Below the pieces are notes generated by a model. That model was given only the letters and a program-made list of their open reading frames with translations, was not told where the DNA came from and made no database searches. Positions 1 through 11,205 of a stretch of 64,000 nt of DNA are shown here, in pieces (the first letter of the stretch is position 1; every line of letters starts with the position of its first letter). Source of the DNA: an uncultured Solirubrobacterales bacterium (GTDB lineage: Bacteria > Actinomycetota > Thermoleophilia > Solirubrobacterales > 70-9); the NCBI GenBank assembly GCA_963735235.1, contig CAVTKD010000003.1:4441-68440 (forward strand). Reading direction: 5' to 3'. The position numbers and the translations under genes were made by a program.

Positions 1-1340
<1,340 letters not shown>

Positions 1341-1350
1341 GAGCGGGCGA

Positions 1351-2484
1351 TTATCCCGGCCCGGCCGATTGGCCGAGCGCCGCCGCCAGCTCCTGACAGA
1401 CACGATCCACCTGGCCCTCGCTGATCGCCGGGAAGAAGGGCAGCGCCAGCGAGTGGGCGGCGGCCGCTTCGGCGACCGGGAACTGGCCCTCGCCATAGCC
1501 CAGCTCGCGCAGGTGCGGGAAGAGGTGGATGCAGGGCAGGTAGGCCTTGCTGGCGACGCCGCGCTCGGCCAGGCGGGCGATCGTCGCGTCGCGGTCTACG
1601 TCGTCGGCGAGGCGGACGACGTAGACGAACCAGCTGCGACGCTCCTTGCCGCGGGCGGCGACCGGAGTCTCGACCCCCTCGACGCCGGCGAGCCGCTGCG
1701 CGTAGAGCGAGGCGACGGTGTCGCGGCGTGAGAGCAGCGAGTCGAGCCGCTCGATCTGGGCGACGCCGAGCGCGGCGGCGAGGTCGGAGAGGCGGTAGTT
1801 GAAGCCGAGGCCACCGTGGTCCAGCCAGCCCATGTCGGCGGCCCGGCCCTGGTTGCGCTCGCTGCGCAGGCGCGCCGCCGTGCCGGCGTCACCGGGGACG
1901 ATCATCCCCCCCTCACCCGTGGTCATCTGCTTGTTGGCGTAGAAGGCGAAGGTGGCGAGGTTGCCGCGGGCGCCGACCGCCCGCCCCTCGGAGTCGACCG
2001 CGCCGATCGCCTCGCAGGCGTCCTCGAGGATCCCCAGATCGTGACGGGCGGCGAGCGCCTCCAGCTCCGGCATCGCCGCCGGGTAGCCGAAGATGTGGAT
2101 CGGCAGGATCCCGCGGGCGTGCTCCCCGACCGCGGCGGCGGCGGCGGCCGGGTCAAGGTTGAGGGTCACCGGGTCGACGTCGCAGAAGACCGGCCGGGCC
2201 CCCTCGTAGAGCAGGCAGTTGGCCGAGGCGACGAAGCTGAAGGGGCTGGTCAGGACCTCATCGCCGGGGCCCCAGCCGAGCGCCCGCACCCCGAGGTGCA
2301 GCGCGGTGGTGCCGCTGGAGACCGCGACCGCGTCCTCGACCCCGAGCCAGGCGGCGAGCTCGCGCTCGAAGCGCTCGCCAGTGGGCCCCAGCGAGAGGCG
2401 GCCGGAGCGCAGCACCTCCAGCACCAGCTCCTCCTCGCGCTCCCCGATCTCCGGCCGCGCCAGCGGGATCTCCTCGATGCTCAC
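1351..2484 (-). CDS. DegT/DnrJ/EryC1/StrS-family PLP-dependent sugar aminotransferase
   Basis: ORF 1351..2565 trimmed to the GTG at 2482-2484, which overlaps the cimA stop as GTGA. Family-typical stretches are GTTALHLGVRALG, DEVLTSPFSFVASAN, FAFYANKQMTTGEGGM and GFNYRLSDLAAALG. Confidence 0.8.
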   Translation of the reverse strand: MSIEEIPLARPEIGEREEELVLEVLRSGRLSLGPTGERFERELAAWLGVEDAVAVSSGTTALHLGVRALGWGPGDEVLTSPFSFVASANCLLYEGARPVFCDVDPVTLNLDPAAAAAAVGEHARGILPIHIFGYPAAMPELEALAARHDLGILEDACEAIGAVDSEGRAVGARGNLATFAFYANKQMTTGEGGMIVPGDAGTAARLRSERNQGRAADMGWLDHGGLGFNYRLSDLAAALGVAQIERLDSLLSRRDTVASLYAQRLAGVEGVETPVAARGKERRSWFVYVVRLADDVDRDATIARLAERGVASKAYLPCIHLFPHLRELGYGEGQFPVAEAAAAHSLALPFFPAISEGQVDRVCQELAAALGQSAGPG

Positions 2485-4034
2485 TGGAACGCGTACTCCA
2501 GCGAGTCGACCAGCGCCTCCCAGGAGGCCTCGATGATGTTCTCCGAGACCCCGATCGTCCCCCACTCGCGCTCGCCGTCGGCGGAGTCCAGCAGGACCCG
2601 GGTGACCGCGCCGGTGCCGTGGGCTTCGTCGAGGATGCGGACCTTGTAGTTGGTCAGCTCGACCTCGGCCAGGTGCGGGTAGCGATCGGCGATCGCGCCG
2701 CGCAGTGCACTGTCGAGGGCGTTGACCGGGCCGTTGCCCGCGGCGACGCGGACGTAGCGCTCACCGTCGACCTCGACCTCGATCGTCGCCTCGGTCTCGA
2801 CCTCGCCGCCGGCCCGCTTCTCGGTGACGACGCGGAAGCTCTCCAGTCTGAACAGCGGCTTGTAGCTGTCCGCCTCGCGGCGCAGCAGCAGCTCGAAGGA
2901 TGCCGGCGCCGCCTCGTAGTGGTAGCCGCGGTGCTCGCGCTCCTTCAGCCGCTCGACCGCCCGTGCCGCCGCCGCGTCGTCGAGCTCCAGGCCCGCCTGC
3001 TCGGCCTGACTGCGGATCGTCGCCTTGCCGGAGAGCTCGGAGGGCAGGATGTTGCGCTGGTTGCCGACCGCCGCCGGGTCGATGTGCTCGAACGTGCGGG
3101 CGTCGGCCTCGACGCCGGCGACGTGCATGCCGCCCTTGTGGGCAAAGGCGTTGCGGCCGACGTAAGGCGCGTCGGGGTTCGGGATCAGGTTGCAGAGCTC
3201 GTCGACGAAGTGGACCGTCTCCGTCAGTGAAGCCAGCTGCTCGTCGGAGACGACGTCGTAGCCCATCTTCAACTGCAGGTTGGGCAGGATCGAGGTCAGG
3301 TTGGCGTTGCCGCAGCGCTCGCCGTAGCCGTTCACCGTGCCCTGGACCAAGCGGGCGCCCTCGCGCACCGCCGCCAGCGAGTTGGCGACGCCGCAGCCGG
3401 CGTCGTCGTGGACGTGAATGCCGATCTCGACCCCCTCCCCCAGCCTCGCGACCATCGCCGCACTGGCCACGGCGACCTGCTCGGGCAGGCTGGAGCCGTT
3501 GGTGTCGCAGAGTGAGACGTTCTCGGCGCCGGCTCCGATCGCCGCCTCGAGGCAGGCCAGCGCGTAGCCGGGGTCGTCGCGGTAGCCGTCAAAGAAGTGC
3601 TCTGCGTCATAGACCACGCGCTTGCCCTGCGCGCGGCAGAAGCCGACCGAGTCGGCGATCATCGCCAGGTTCTCCTCGCGGGAGACCTTGGTCACCTTCT
3701 CCAGGTGCAGGCCCCAGGTCTTGCCGACCAGGGTGACCACGGGCGCGAAGCTGCCGACCAGGGTCGCCAGCGCCGGATCGTCCTCGGGCGCGGTGTCACG
3801 GCGGCGGGTCATCCCGAAGGCGCAGATCGTCGCCTGCTCGAGCTCGAGCTCGGCCAGCTGCTCGAAGAGCTCCACCTCCTTCGGATTCGAGCTGGGAAAG
3901 CCGGCCTCGATCATCTGCACGCCGAGCTTGTCGAGGGCGAGGACGACGCGTGCCTTCTCGGACGCCGAGAGCGACATCCCCTCGCCCTGCATGCCGTCGC
4001 GCAAGGTCGTGTCGTAGAGCTTCACCTGTTCCAT
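2481..4034 (-). CDS. cimA: Citramalate synthase (LeuA/CimA family, long form with C-terminal regulatory domain)
   Basis: Trimmed to MEQVKLYDTTLRDGMQGEG. It has the HMGL-like motifs IEAGFPSSNP, HVHDDAGCGVANSLAAV and NGYGERCGNANL. A separate canonical leuA is present at 11206. The cimA versus leuA2 assignment is inferred. Confidence 0.7.
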   Translation of the reverse strand: MEQVKLYDTTLRDGMQGEGMSLSASEKARVVLALDKLGVQMIEAGFPSSNPKEVELFEQLAELELEQATICAFGMTRRRDTAPEDDPALATLVGSFAPVVTLVGKTWGLHLEKVTKVSREENLAMIADSVGFCRAQGKRVVYDAEHFFDGYRDDPGYALACLEAAIGAGAENVSLCDTNGSSLPEQVAVASAAMVARLGEGVEIGIHVHDDAGCGVANSLAAVREGARLVQGTVNGYGERCGNANLTSILPNLQLKMGYDVVSDEQLASLTETVHFVDELCNLIPNPDAPYVGRNAFAHKGGMHVAGVEADARTFEHIDPAAVGNQRNILPSELSGKATIRSQAEQAGLELDDAAAARAVERLKEREHRGYHYEAAPASFELLLRREADSYKPLFRLESFRVVTEKRAGGEVETEATIEVEVDGERYVRVAAGNGPVNALDSALRGAIADRYPHLAEVELTNYKVRILDEAHGTGAVTRVLLDSADGEREWGTIGVSENIIEASWEALVDSLEYAFQ

Positions 4035-4154
4035 CCGCTGCCTTTCAAGTCGAGAAATCGGGGGGAGGCCACAAGGGCCTGAGCGCACGGCATCGCCGCG
4101 CCAGCCGCTAGGCGGCTGCGGTAATTCGCCCGATTGACTCGTTGAGACGGCGCA

Positions 4155-5111
4155 TCACGAGCTGACTTTACTGGGGGCGTCAACCTCGGCCGGCGCCTCG
4201 ACGAAGTCGAGCCACTCGTGGTACTCCTCGGCGCGACCGTAGAGGGCGTCCTCGAACTTGGCCTGGACGTGGGCGGTGATCTCGCCGGGTTTGCCGGCCC
4301 CGATCGTGTGGTCGTCGATCTCGCGCACCGGCACCAGCTCGGCGGCGGTCCCGGTGAGGAAGACCTCTTCGGCCAGGTACAGCTCGGCCCGGGCGATGTC
4401 GCGCTCGACCACGGTGTAGCCGAGGTCGCGGGCGATCTGGATCACCGATTTGCGGTTGATCCCGTCGAGGATCGAGGCGACGTGCGGCGGCGTCACTATC
4501 TCGCCCTCGCGGACGACGAAGATGTTCTCGCCCGAGCCCTCGCAGACAAAGCCGCGTTCGTCGAGCAGGATCGCCTCGTCATAGCCGGAGTTGTGCGACT
4601 CGGTCTTGGCGAGGATCGAGTTCAGGTAGGAGCCCGAGGCCTTGGCGTGCGGGATCGAGCCGCCCGGGCTGATCCGGCGCCAGCTCGAGACCTTGGCGCG
4701 GATGCCGGCGGCCTTGCTCTCCTCGCCGAGATAGACGCCCCAGGGAAAGGCGGCGACGATGACGTCGATCGGGGCGTCGGTCGCGTAGAGGCCGAGGCTG
4801 CCGTAGCCGCGGTAGGCGAGCGGGCGGATATAGGCGGACTTGAGGTCGTTGCGGGTCAGCAACTCGTGCGTGGCGGCGCGGATCTCGGCCGCCGAGTAGG
4901 GCAGGTCCATGTAGTAGAGCGACGCCGACTTCTCGAGGCGGGCGAGGTGGTCGGCGTGGCGGAAGATCGCCGGGCCGCGCGCGGTCTCATAGCAGCGGAT
5001 CCCCTCGAAGACGCCGGTGCCGTAATGCAGGCCGTGACTGAGCACGTGGGTCTGGGCATCCTCCCAGCGCACGAACTCGCCGTTCTTCCAAATCAAATCG
5101 ACCTGATCCAT
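4155..5111 (-). CDS. ilvE: Branched-chain amino-acid aminotransferase
   Basis: 318 aa. Class IV aminotransferase pattern: HGLHYGTGVFEGIRCY, YIRP, GIRAKVSSWRR, AKASGSYLNSILAK, FLTGTAAELVPV. Confidence 0.9.
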   Translation of the reverse strand: MDQVDLIWKNGEFVRWEDAQTHVLSHGLHYGTGVFEGIRCYETARGPAIFRHADHLARLEKSASLYYMDLPYSAAEIRAATHELLTRNDLKSAYIRPLAYRGYGSLGLYATDAPIDVIVAAFPWGVYLGEESKAAGIRAKVSSWRRISPGGSIPHAKASGSYLNSILAKTESHNSGYDEAILLDERGFVCEGSGENIFVVREGEIVTPPHVASILDGINRKSVIQIARDLGYTVVERDIARAELYLAEEVFLTGTAAELVPVREIDDHTIGAGKPGEITAHVQAKFEDALYGRAEEYHEWLDFVEAPAEVDAPSKVSS

Positions 5112-5199
5112 GTTGCAGGGAAGTATGCCCGATCAAACGAAGGTCTTCACCCCCACCGCCGCGAATGACGGCCGAAAGCGAAAAAGGAGACATCAGTCC

Positions 5200-6024
5200 A
5201 TGAATTCAAGACTTCGCCCGAAACTCAGCTACTCGAACGTGATCGCGTCGATTGCGCTCTTCGTCGCCCTCGGTGGCGCCGCCGTGGCCGCCGGCCTGCC
5301 CAAGCACAGCGTCGGCGCCCAGCAGCTCAAGCGCGGCGCCGTCAATGCCGCCGCCCTCAAGAAGGGCGCCGTGACCAGCGGCAAGCTGGCGCCGAAGTCG
5401 GTCGTCGCCGGCAAGCTCGGCCCCAACTCGGTCTCGCCGGGCAACATCGGCAATGGCGCGATCACCAGTGCCAAGCTCGCCGCCGGCTCGGTGCTCGCCA
5501 GCACGATCAAGAACGGCGTCATCACCAACCCGAAACTGGCCAACGGCGTCATCAACACAGCGAAACTGGCCGCCAACGCCGTCACCACGCCGATCCTCGC
5601 CAACGGCTCGGTGACTCCGGCGAAGCTCTCGACCGAAATCGGCGGCACCGTCTCGACGCTGAAGGCAGGACAGACGCTCCGCGGTGTCTTCGTCGTCGGC
5701 CCGAGCGGCGAGAAAATCTCGCGCTTCTCGGAAAGCTTCCCGATCCCACTCGCGAACACGCCGGCGGCACCCAACGCGAATGTGCTCGGCATCGGCGCGA
5801 CGAGCACCGCCTGTCCCGGCATCACCGGCGGCAACGCGGCGACACCGCAGGCCGCGGCCGGACAGCTATGCGTCTACATCACCTCAAAAGCCGGGGAAAC
5901 GCTGGAAGGACTCGAATTCGACCCCGCCGCAACCAACCGGCTTGGCTTTGGCCTGACGGCCGGCTTCCTGGCGCCAAGCGTGGAAAACGTCGTCCGCGGC
6001 CAGTGGGCAGTGACCGCTCCCTAG
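5200..6024 (+). CDS. Membrane-anchored or secreted protein with 11 tandem decapeptide repeats; function unknown
   Basis: ATG at 5200 is preceded by AAAAGGAGA. It has an N-terminal hydrophobic anchor [18 protein letters not shown]. Residues 36-145 form decamers of the type NG-x-V-T-x-x-KLA. Confidence 0.6.
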   Translation: MNSRLRPKLSYSNVIASIALFVALGGAAVAAGLPKHSVGAQQLKRGAVNAAALKKGAVTSGKLAPKSVVAGKLGPNSVSPGNIGNGAITSAKLAAGSVLASTIKNGVITNPKLANGVINTAKLAANAVTTPILANGSVTPAKLSTEIGGTVSTLKAGQTLRGVFVVGPSGEKISRFSESFPIPLANTPAAPNANVLGIGATSTACPGITGGNAATPQAAAGQLCVYITSKAGETLEGLEFDPAATNRLGFGLTAGFLAPSVENVVRGQWAVTAP

Positions 6025-7130
6025 GCGGAAAGCGCCGCGAGGACCGCGTCGGTCATCTCGGCTGTTCCGACCTCGACCTCGGCGGGGACGTCTGGCATCG
6101 GTGGTGCCGCCAGCGTCCCCGCGGCGAGGTCCGGAGTGCGCAGGCCGCGCTCCAAGACCACGTCGACGGCGGCCTCGATCCGGCTAGCGTCCTCGGGCCG
6201 ATCGAGGCCATGGCGCAGCATCATCGCCACCGAGAGGAAGGTCGCCAGCGGGTTGGCGATCCCTTTGCCGGCGATGTCGGGGGCCGAGCCGTGGACCGGC
6301 TCGAAGAGGCCCGGGGCACCATCGACGCCAAGGCTGGCGGACGGCAGCATTCCCAGCGACCCGGTCAGCATCGCCGCCTCATCGCTGAGGATGTCCCCAA
6401 AGAGGTTCTCGGTGACGATCACGTCGAAGTCGGCGGGACGCGAGATCAGCTGCATCGCCGCGTTGTCGACCAGCAGGTGGTCGAGGGCGACATCGGCGTA
6501 CTCCGGGGCGACGCGGGCGACCACCTCGCGCCACAGTCGCGAGGTCTCGAGCACGTTGGCCTTGTCGACCGAGGTGACTCGAGGCGGGCGGCCGGAGCTC
6601 GCGGCGCGCCGGCGCGCCGCCTCGAAGGCGGTGCGGGCGATGCGTTCGATTTCCTCGGCCGAGTACTCGCAGGTGTCGTGGGCGACGTCGCCGTCGCGGC
6701 CGGAATCCCCGAAGTAGATGCCGCCGGTGAGCTCGCGGACGACGAGCAGGTCGGTGCCGGCGATGCGCTCCTCGCGCAGCGGGCTGGAGCCGACCAGGGC
6801 CGGGCTGGGTCGGACCGGGCGCAGGTTGGCGTAGAGGCCCATGCCCTTGCGCAGGCCGAGCAGCCCTTGCTCTGGACGCGGCGCGTCGGGGTCGGTGGTG
6901 TCCCACTTGGGGCCGCCGACGGCGCCGAGCAGGACCGCGTCGGCGGCGCGGCAGACCTCCAGCACCTCGTCGGTCAGGGCGGTGCCGTGGACATCGATTG
7001 AGCAGCCGCCCATCAGGCGCTTGTCGAACTGGAACTCTCCCAGCGACTCCAGCAGCTGCTGGGCCGCCGCGACGATTTCCGGGCCGATCCCGTCGCCGGG
7101 AAGGACAACTATGCGCGGGGCGTCGCTCAC
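6021..7130 (-). CDS. leuB: 3-isopropylmalate dehydrogenase
   Basis: 369 aa. Motifs: [53 protein letters not shown]. Confidence 0.92.
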   Translation of the reverse strand: MSDAPRIVVLPGDGIGPEIVAAAQQLLESLGEFQFDKRLMGGCSIDVHGTALTDEVLEVCRAADAVLLGAVGGPKWDTTDPDAPRPEQGLLGLRKGMGLYANLRPVRPSPALVGSSPLREERIAGTDLLVVRELTGGIYFGDSGRDGDVAHDTCEYSAEEIERIARTAFEAARRRAASSGRPPRVTSVDKANVLETSRLWREVVARVAPEYADVALDHLLVDNAAMQLISRPADFDVIVTENLFGDILSDEAAMLTGSLGMLPSASLGVDGAPGLFEPVHGSAPDIAGKGIANPLATFLSVAMMLRHGLDRPEDASRIEAAVDVVLERGLRTPDLAAGTLAAPPMPDVPAEVEVGTAEMTDAVLAALSA

Positions 7131-7141
7131 GCGGCGGAACT

Positions 7142-7927
7142 CTACGCGTTAGCCGGCGACGGGACGGCCTCGATGTTGAGGCGCACGTAGTCGAGGACCA
7201 GCGGCTGCTCGGAACGGTCGAGGATCGCTTCGGCGAACGGTCGCCGCAGCTGCTCGGGAAGCTGTGCCAGGAGCGGGCCGAGCGTGACGGTCGAGGTGAA
7301 CTCGAGCGGCTTCTCCGGCTGCACCGGTCGAGGTTCCAGCCAACAGCGGGCGGCGGAGAACCCGGCCCGCCGCAATCGCGCCTCGGTCTCCTCGGCGGAG
7401 GCGAAGTTCCAGCTCGACGCCACCGTCTCGATGTGTGCGGCGAACTCCGGCAGCGCCGCGACGGTCGCGATCACCTCAGCGTGAAGGGCGATGTTCCCCT
7501 CTCCCCCACACTGCGCAACCAGGCGCCCGCCGGGCCGCAGCGCCGCCCGCAGACGCTCGAAGAGCCGGTCGTGATCGGGGATCCAGTGCAGGGTCGCGGT
7601 CGAGAAGACCAGGTCGACCGGCTCCTCCAGCTGCAGCTCGGAGAGGTCGGCGATGAGGTAGGTGACCTCAGTCCCCAGCCGCTCGCGAGCCTTGGCGACC
7701 ATCGCCGACGAGCCGTCGACGGCGATCAGGCGGCCATCGGGCAGCCGTTTCGCCAACTCGGCGCTGACCCGGCCGGAGCCGCAACCCGCGTCGAGCGCCA
7801 CCTCGTCGCCGCTCAGCTCGAGCCGGTCGAGCACCTCCATGCCCCAGGTGAACTGCGGGTCGGAGACCGCGTCGTAGGTGTCGGCGTCCCACTCACGCGG
7901 ACCGTTGCTGTTCGTCGCCGCGGACAT
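7142..7927 (-). CDS. Class I SAM-dependent methyltransferase, trans-aconitate methyltransferase (Tam)-like
   Basis: 261 aa. SAM motif I is [11 protein letters not shown]. The layout is Tam-like (WDADTYD...LHWIPDH...L.PGG.L). It sits between leuB and leuD. Confidence 0.7.
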   Translation of the reverse strand: MSAATNSNGPREWDADTYDAVSDPQFTWGMEVLDRLELSGDEVALDAGCGSGRVSAELAKRLPDGRLIAVDGSSAMVAKARERLGTEVTYLIADLSELQLEEPVDLVFSTATLHWIPDHDRLFERLRAALRPGGRLVAQCGGEGNIALHAEVIATVAALPEFAAHIETVASSWNFASAEETEARLRRAGFSAARCWLEPRPVQPEKPLEFTSTVTLGPLLAQLPEQLRRPFAEAILDRSEQPLVLDYVRLNIEAVPSPANA

Positions 7928-7937
7928 CTCAGCTTGC

Positions 7938-8513
7938 TCAGAGCGCCGTCGTCACCGGGGCCTGCGGGTCGCCCGCGGAGCCCTCGTAGGCGTCGATCGC
8001 GGCGCCGTTCTCGAGCGTGATCGCGATGTCGTCGAGGCCGTTCAGCAGCCGGTGCTTGACGTCCGGCTCGACCGCGAACTCGAAGACCCCGGCGGCGCAG
8101 GTGATCGTCTCGTCGTCGACATCGATGCGAGCCTCGCCGGCCTCGGCGACGGCGCGGCAGTGCTCCTCGTCGAGGATCGCCGGCAGCAGCCCGATCTTGG
8201 TGCAGTTGACGTAGAAGATGTCGGCGAAGGACGGCGCGACGATCGCCTCGAAGCCGAAGTCCTCGAGCGCCCAGGGAGCGTGCTCGCGGGAGGAGCCACT
8301 GCCGAAGTTGCGCCCGGTGACGAGGATCGGGTTCGGCTCCAGCTCGATCTCGCCGTCACGAATCCAGTCGTAGAAGAGGAACTCGCCGAAGCCGGTCCGC
8401 TCGACCCGCTTGAGGAACTGCTTGGGGATGATCTGGTCGGTGTCCACGTCGGCCCGGTCCAGCACCGACACCTTGCCCTCGATCAAGTCAATCGGCCTCA
8501 TCTTCAACTCCAA
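7938..8513 (-). CDS. leuD: 3-isopropylmalate dehydratase small subunit
   Basis: 191 aa. Motifs: [34 protein letters not shown]. The start may be the TTG at 8513 or the ATG at 8501. Confidence 0.9.
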   Translation of the reverse strand: MELKMRPIDLIEGKVSVLDRADVDTDQIIPKQFLKRVERTGFGEFLFYDWIRDGEIELEPNPILVTGRNFGSGSSREHAPWALEDFGFEAIVAPSFADIFYVNCTKIGLLPAILDEEHCRAVAEAGEARIDVDDETITCAAGVFEFAVEPDVKHRLLNGLDDIAITLENGAAIDAYEGSAGDPQAPVTTAL

Positions 8514-9889
8514 TCACGGATGTCTACGAAACGTCCCTCGATGGCCGCCGCCGCCGCCATCTTCGGGCTGACCAGGTGGGTGCGCCCACCCTTGCCCTGC
8601 CGTCCCTCGAAATTGCGGTTCGAGGTCGAGGCGCAGCGCTCGCCCTCGGCGAGCGTGTCGGGGTTCATCCCCAGGCACATCGAGCAGCCCGCCTCGCGCC
8701 ATTCGAAGCCGGCGCCGCGGAAGACCTCGTGCAGCCCCTCCGCCTCGGCGGCGGCCTTGACCTGCTGGGAGCCGGGGACGACCATCGCCCGCACCGTGGC
8801 GGCGACCTTGCGGCCGTCGACCACTGCGGCGGCCTCGCGCAGGTCCTCGATCCGCGAGTTGGTGCAGGAGCCGATGAAGACCCGGTCGGGGGCGACCTCG
8901 GTCATCGGCGTGCCGGGCTCCAGGTCCATGTAGGTCAGCGCTCGCTCGGCGGTTTCGCGATCCCCCGGCGACTCCATCGCCGCCGGGTCGGGGACCGTGT
9001 CGGTGACCTCGACGACCATCCCCGGATTGGTGCCCCAGGTGACCATCGGCGAGATCGCCGCGGCGTCGATCTCGACCTCGGTGTCGAAGGTCGCGCCGGG
9101 GTCGGTCGGCAGCTCGCGCCAGGCCGCGACCGCGGCGTCGAAGTCCGCCGGCGCCGCGGTACGACCACGCACCCACTCGAAGGTGGTCTCGTCGGGCGCG
9201 ATCATCCCGGCCCGGCCACCGCCCTCGATGGTCATGTTGCAGATCGTCATCCGGCCCGGCATCCCCAGCGCCTCGATCGCCGGCCCGGCGTACTCGACCG
9301 CATGACCGGCCATGCCGCCGGTGCCGAGGCGGCCGATCGTGGCCAGGATCAGGTCCTTGGGAGTCACCCCGGAGCCCAGTTCGCCCGAGTAGGAGATCCG
9401 CATCGCCTTCGGCCGCTTCTGGACCAGGCACTGGGTCGCCAGCACGTGCTCGACCTCGGAGGTGCCGATGCCGAAGGCCAGCGAGCCGAAGGCGCCGTGG
9501 GTCGAGGTGTGACTGTCGCCGCAGACGATCGTCATGCCCGGCTGGGTCACGCCCAGCTCCGGCCCGATCACGTGGACGATGCCCTGGCGGTCGGAGCCCA
9601 GCGAGTAGAGCGGGATGCCGAACTCCTCGCAGTTGCGCTCCAGCGTTTCGACCTGGATCCGCGAGAGCTCGTCGGCGATCAGTCGCGCCGCCATGGTGCC
9701 GTCGGTCGGCGTGTTGTGGTCGGCGGTCGCCAGGGTGCGGTCGGCACGCCGCACCGGGCGCCCGGCCAGCCGCAGCCCGTCGAAGGCCTGCGGCGAGGTG
9801 ACCTCGTGGACCAGGTGCAGGTCGATGTAGATCAACCCGTCGGAGACCTCGTGCGCCTCCCAGATCTTTTCGAACATGTTCTTGGGCAT
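8504..9889 (-). CDS. leuC: 3-isopropylmalate dehydratase large subunit
   Basis: 461 aa. Aconitase-family motifs: [48 protein letters not shown]. Confidence 0.95.
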   Translation of the reverse strand: MPKNMFEKIWEAHEVSDGLIYIDLHLVHEVTSPQAFDGLRLAGRPVRRADRTLATADHNTPTDGTMAARLIADELSRIQVETLERNCEEFGIPLYSLGSDRQGIVHVIGPELGVTQPGMTIVCGDSHTSTHGAFGSLAFGIGTSEVEHVLATQCLVQKRPKAMRISYSGELGSGVTPKDLILATIGRLGTGGMAGHAVEYAGPAIEALGMPGRMTICNMTIEGGGRAGMIAPDETTFEWVRGRTAAPADFDAAVAAWRELPTDPGATFDTEVEIDAAAISPMVTWGTNPGMVVEVTDTVPDPAAMESPGDRETAERALTYMDLEPGTPMTEVAPDRVFIGSCTNSRIEDLREAAAVVDGRKVAATVRAMVVPGSQQVKAAAEAEGLHEVFRGAGFEWREAGCSMCLGMNPDTLAEGERCASTSNRNFEGRQGKGGRTHLVSPKMAAAAAIEGRFVDIRDWS

Positions 9890-9890
9890 C

Positions 9891-10511
9891 TCAGCTCCTC
9901 CTCAGCCCGGCGGCTATCACGGCGAGGAAGCGCGTCGGCTCCTCGCCCTCGTTCTCCAAATGATGGGGAAGGTCGGCGTCGAAGGTGACGCTGTCGCCGG
10001 CGCGCAGCTCGTAGCGGGTGCCGTCGACGGTCAGGGCCAGCGTCCCGGCGAGGACGACGGCGGTCTCGCGGCTGCCGGGCTCGTGCATCGGCGGATCCTC
10101 GCGGCCGCCGGTGGCGGCACCGGGTGCGAGCACATGCAGGGAGACGTCGGCGCGCTGGCCCGGCAGGGACGGCGTCAGCTCCTCGACACGGTGGCCGCCG
10201 CGCTCGAAGCGGTGGCGGTCGGCGGTGCGGACGACCGCTACGTGCTGGCCCTCGTCGAGGCGCAGCAGCTGCGAGAGGGTCAGCTCCAGGCCGGCGGCGA
10301 TCTTCGCCGCGACGGCCAGGGTCGGGCTGGTCTCACCGCGCTCGACCTGGGACAGCATCGGGGCGCTGACCCCACTGCGCTCGGCCAGGTCGCGCAGCGA
10401 GAAGCCCATCGCGTCGCGCAGAGCACGGATGCGGGTGCCGACCGCGGGGACGGCAGGCGCCGACGCGGGGACGGTGGGGTTCTGTTCAGGCAAGGTCTCT
10501 GATGCGTTCAT
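9891..10511 (-). CDS. XRE-family HTH regulator with C-terminal cupin sensor domain
   Basis: 206 aa. The HTH is [27 protein letters not shown]. The C-terminal cupin is [22 protein letters not shown]...GDSVTFD...PHHLEN. Its stop is 1 nt from the leuC start. Confidence 0.8.
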   Translation of the reverse strand: MNASETLPEQNPTVPASAPAVPAVGTRIRALRDAMGFSLRDLAERSGVSAPMLSQVERGETSPTLAVAAKIAAGLELTLSQLLRLDEGQHVAVVRTADRHRFERGGHRVEELTPSLPGQRADVSLHVLAPGAATGGREDPPMHEPGSRETAVVLAGTLALTVDGTRYELRAGDSVTFDADLPHHLENEGEEPTRFLAVIAAGLRRS

Positions 10512-10615
10512 CAGCTTTGTACGTTATCACAGACAGTTGTATCCCCCATTTTGTGCCGTTAGGCATGCCTATTCTGCAATTCGTCGCCCAGGATGCGTAT
10601 GGTGCCCCGGTCCTT

Positions 10616-11203
10616 ATGAGCATGAGAACACAAGGCGCTCTCAGGCGACTCACAGTGACGGCGGGGCTGGCGATCCTGACGATCGCCATCGCCATCGGGA
10701 TCTCCCCCGTCCAGGCCGGCGCTGACACCCCCTCCCCCTGCAACCAGGCATCCCGGGCTCCGCGGCGGGCGACCCTGAACGACCTGCGCGGCTCGATGCT
10801 CTGCCTGATCAACCGGATCCGCGAGCACTACGGCATCGCGGCTCTGGAGGAAAGCGCGCCGCTGCGGCGCTCCGCCACCGGCCATTCGAACGACATGGTC
10901 GAGCACGACTACTTCTCCCACGACGGACCGGCGGGCAGCACCGTCGGCAGCCGGGTGACCCAGGCCGGCTATCTGGCACGGGTCAGCACCTACTTCATCG
11001 GCGAGAACATCGGTGGCGGCATCGGTCCCCAGCGCGGCTCGGCGCTTGCCGTCTTCCGCGCCTGGATGCACAGCCCGCCGCACCGGGCCAACATCCTCGA
11101 CACGGAGTTCCACGACCTCGGGGTCGGCGTGGCGCGGGGCTACCCGGCAGGTGGCGGCGCCAAGGCCGCCACCTACACGCTTGACCTGGGGATGCGCCGC
11201 TAG
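10616..11203 (+). CDS. Secreted CAP/SCP-domain (YkwD-like) protein
   Basis: Trimmed to MSMRTQGAL, with signal-like TAGLAILTIAIAIG. CAP motifs: HSNDMVEHDYFSH, ENIG, WMHSPPHRANIL. Confidence 0.7.
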   Translation: MSMRTQGALRRLTVTAGLAILTIAIAIGISPVQAGADTPSPCNQASRAPRRATLNDLRGSMLCLINRIREHYGIAALEESAPLRRSATGHSNDMVEHDYFSHDGPAGSTVGSRVTQAGYLARVSTYFIGENIGGGIGPQRGSALAVFRAWMHSPPHRANILDTEFHDLGVGVARGYPAGGGAKAATYTLDLGMRR

Positions 11204-11205
11204 CC

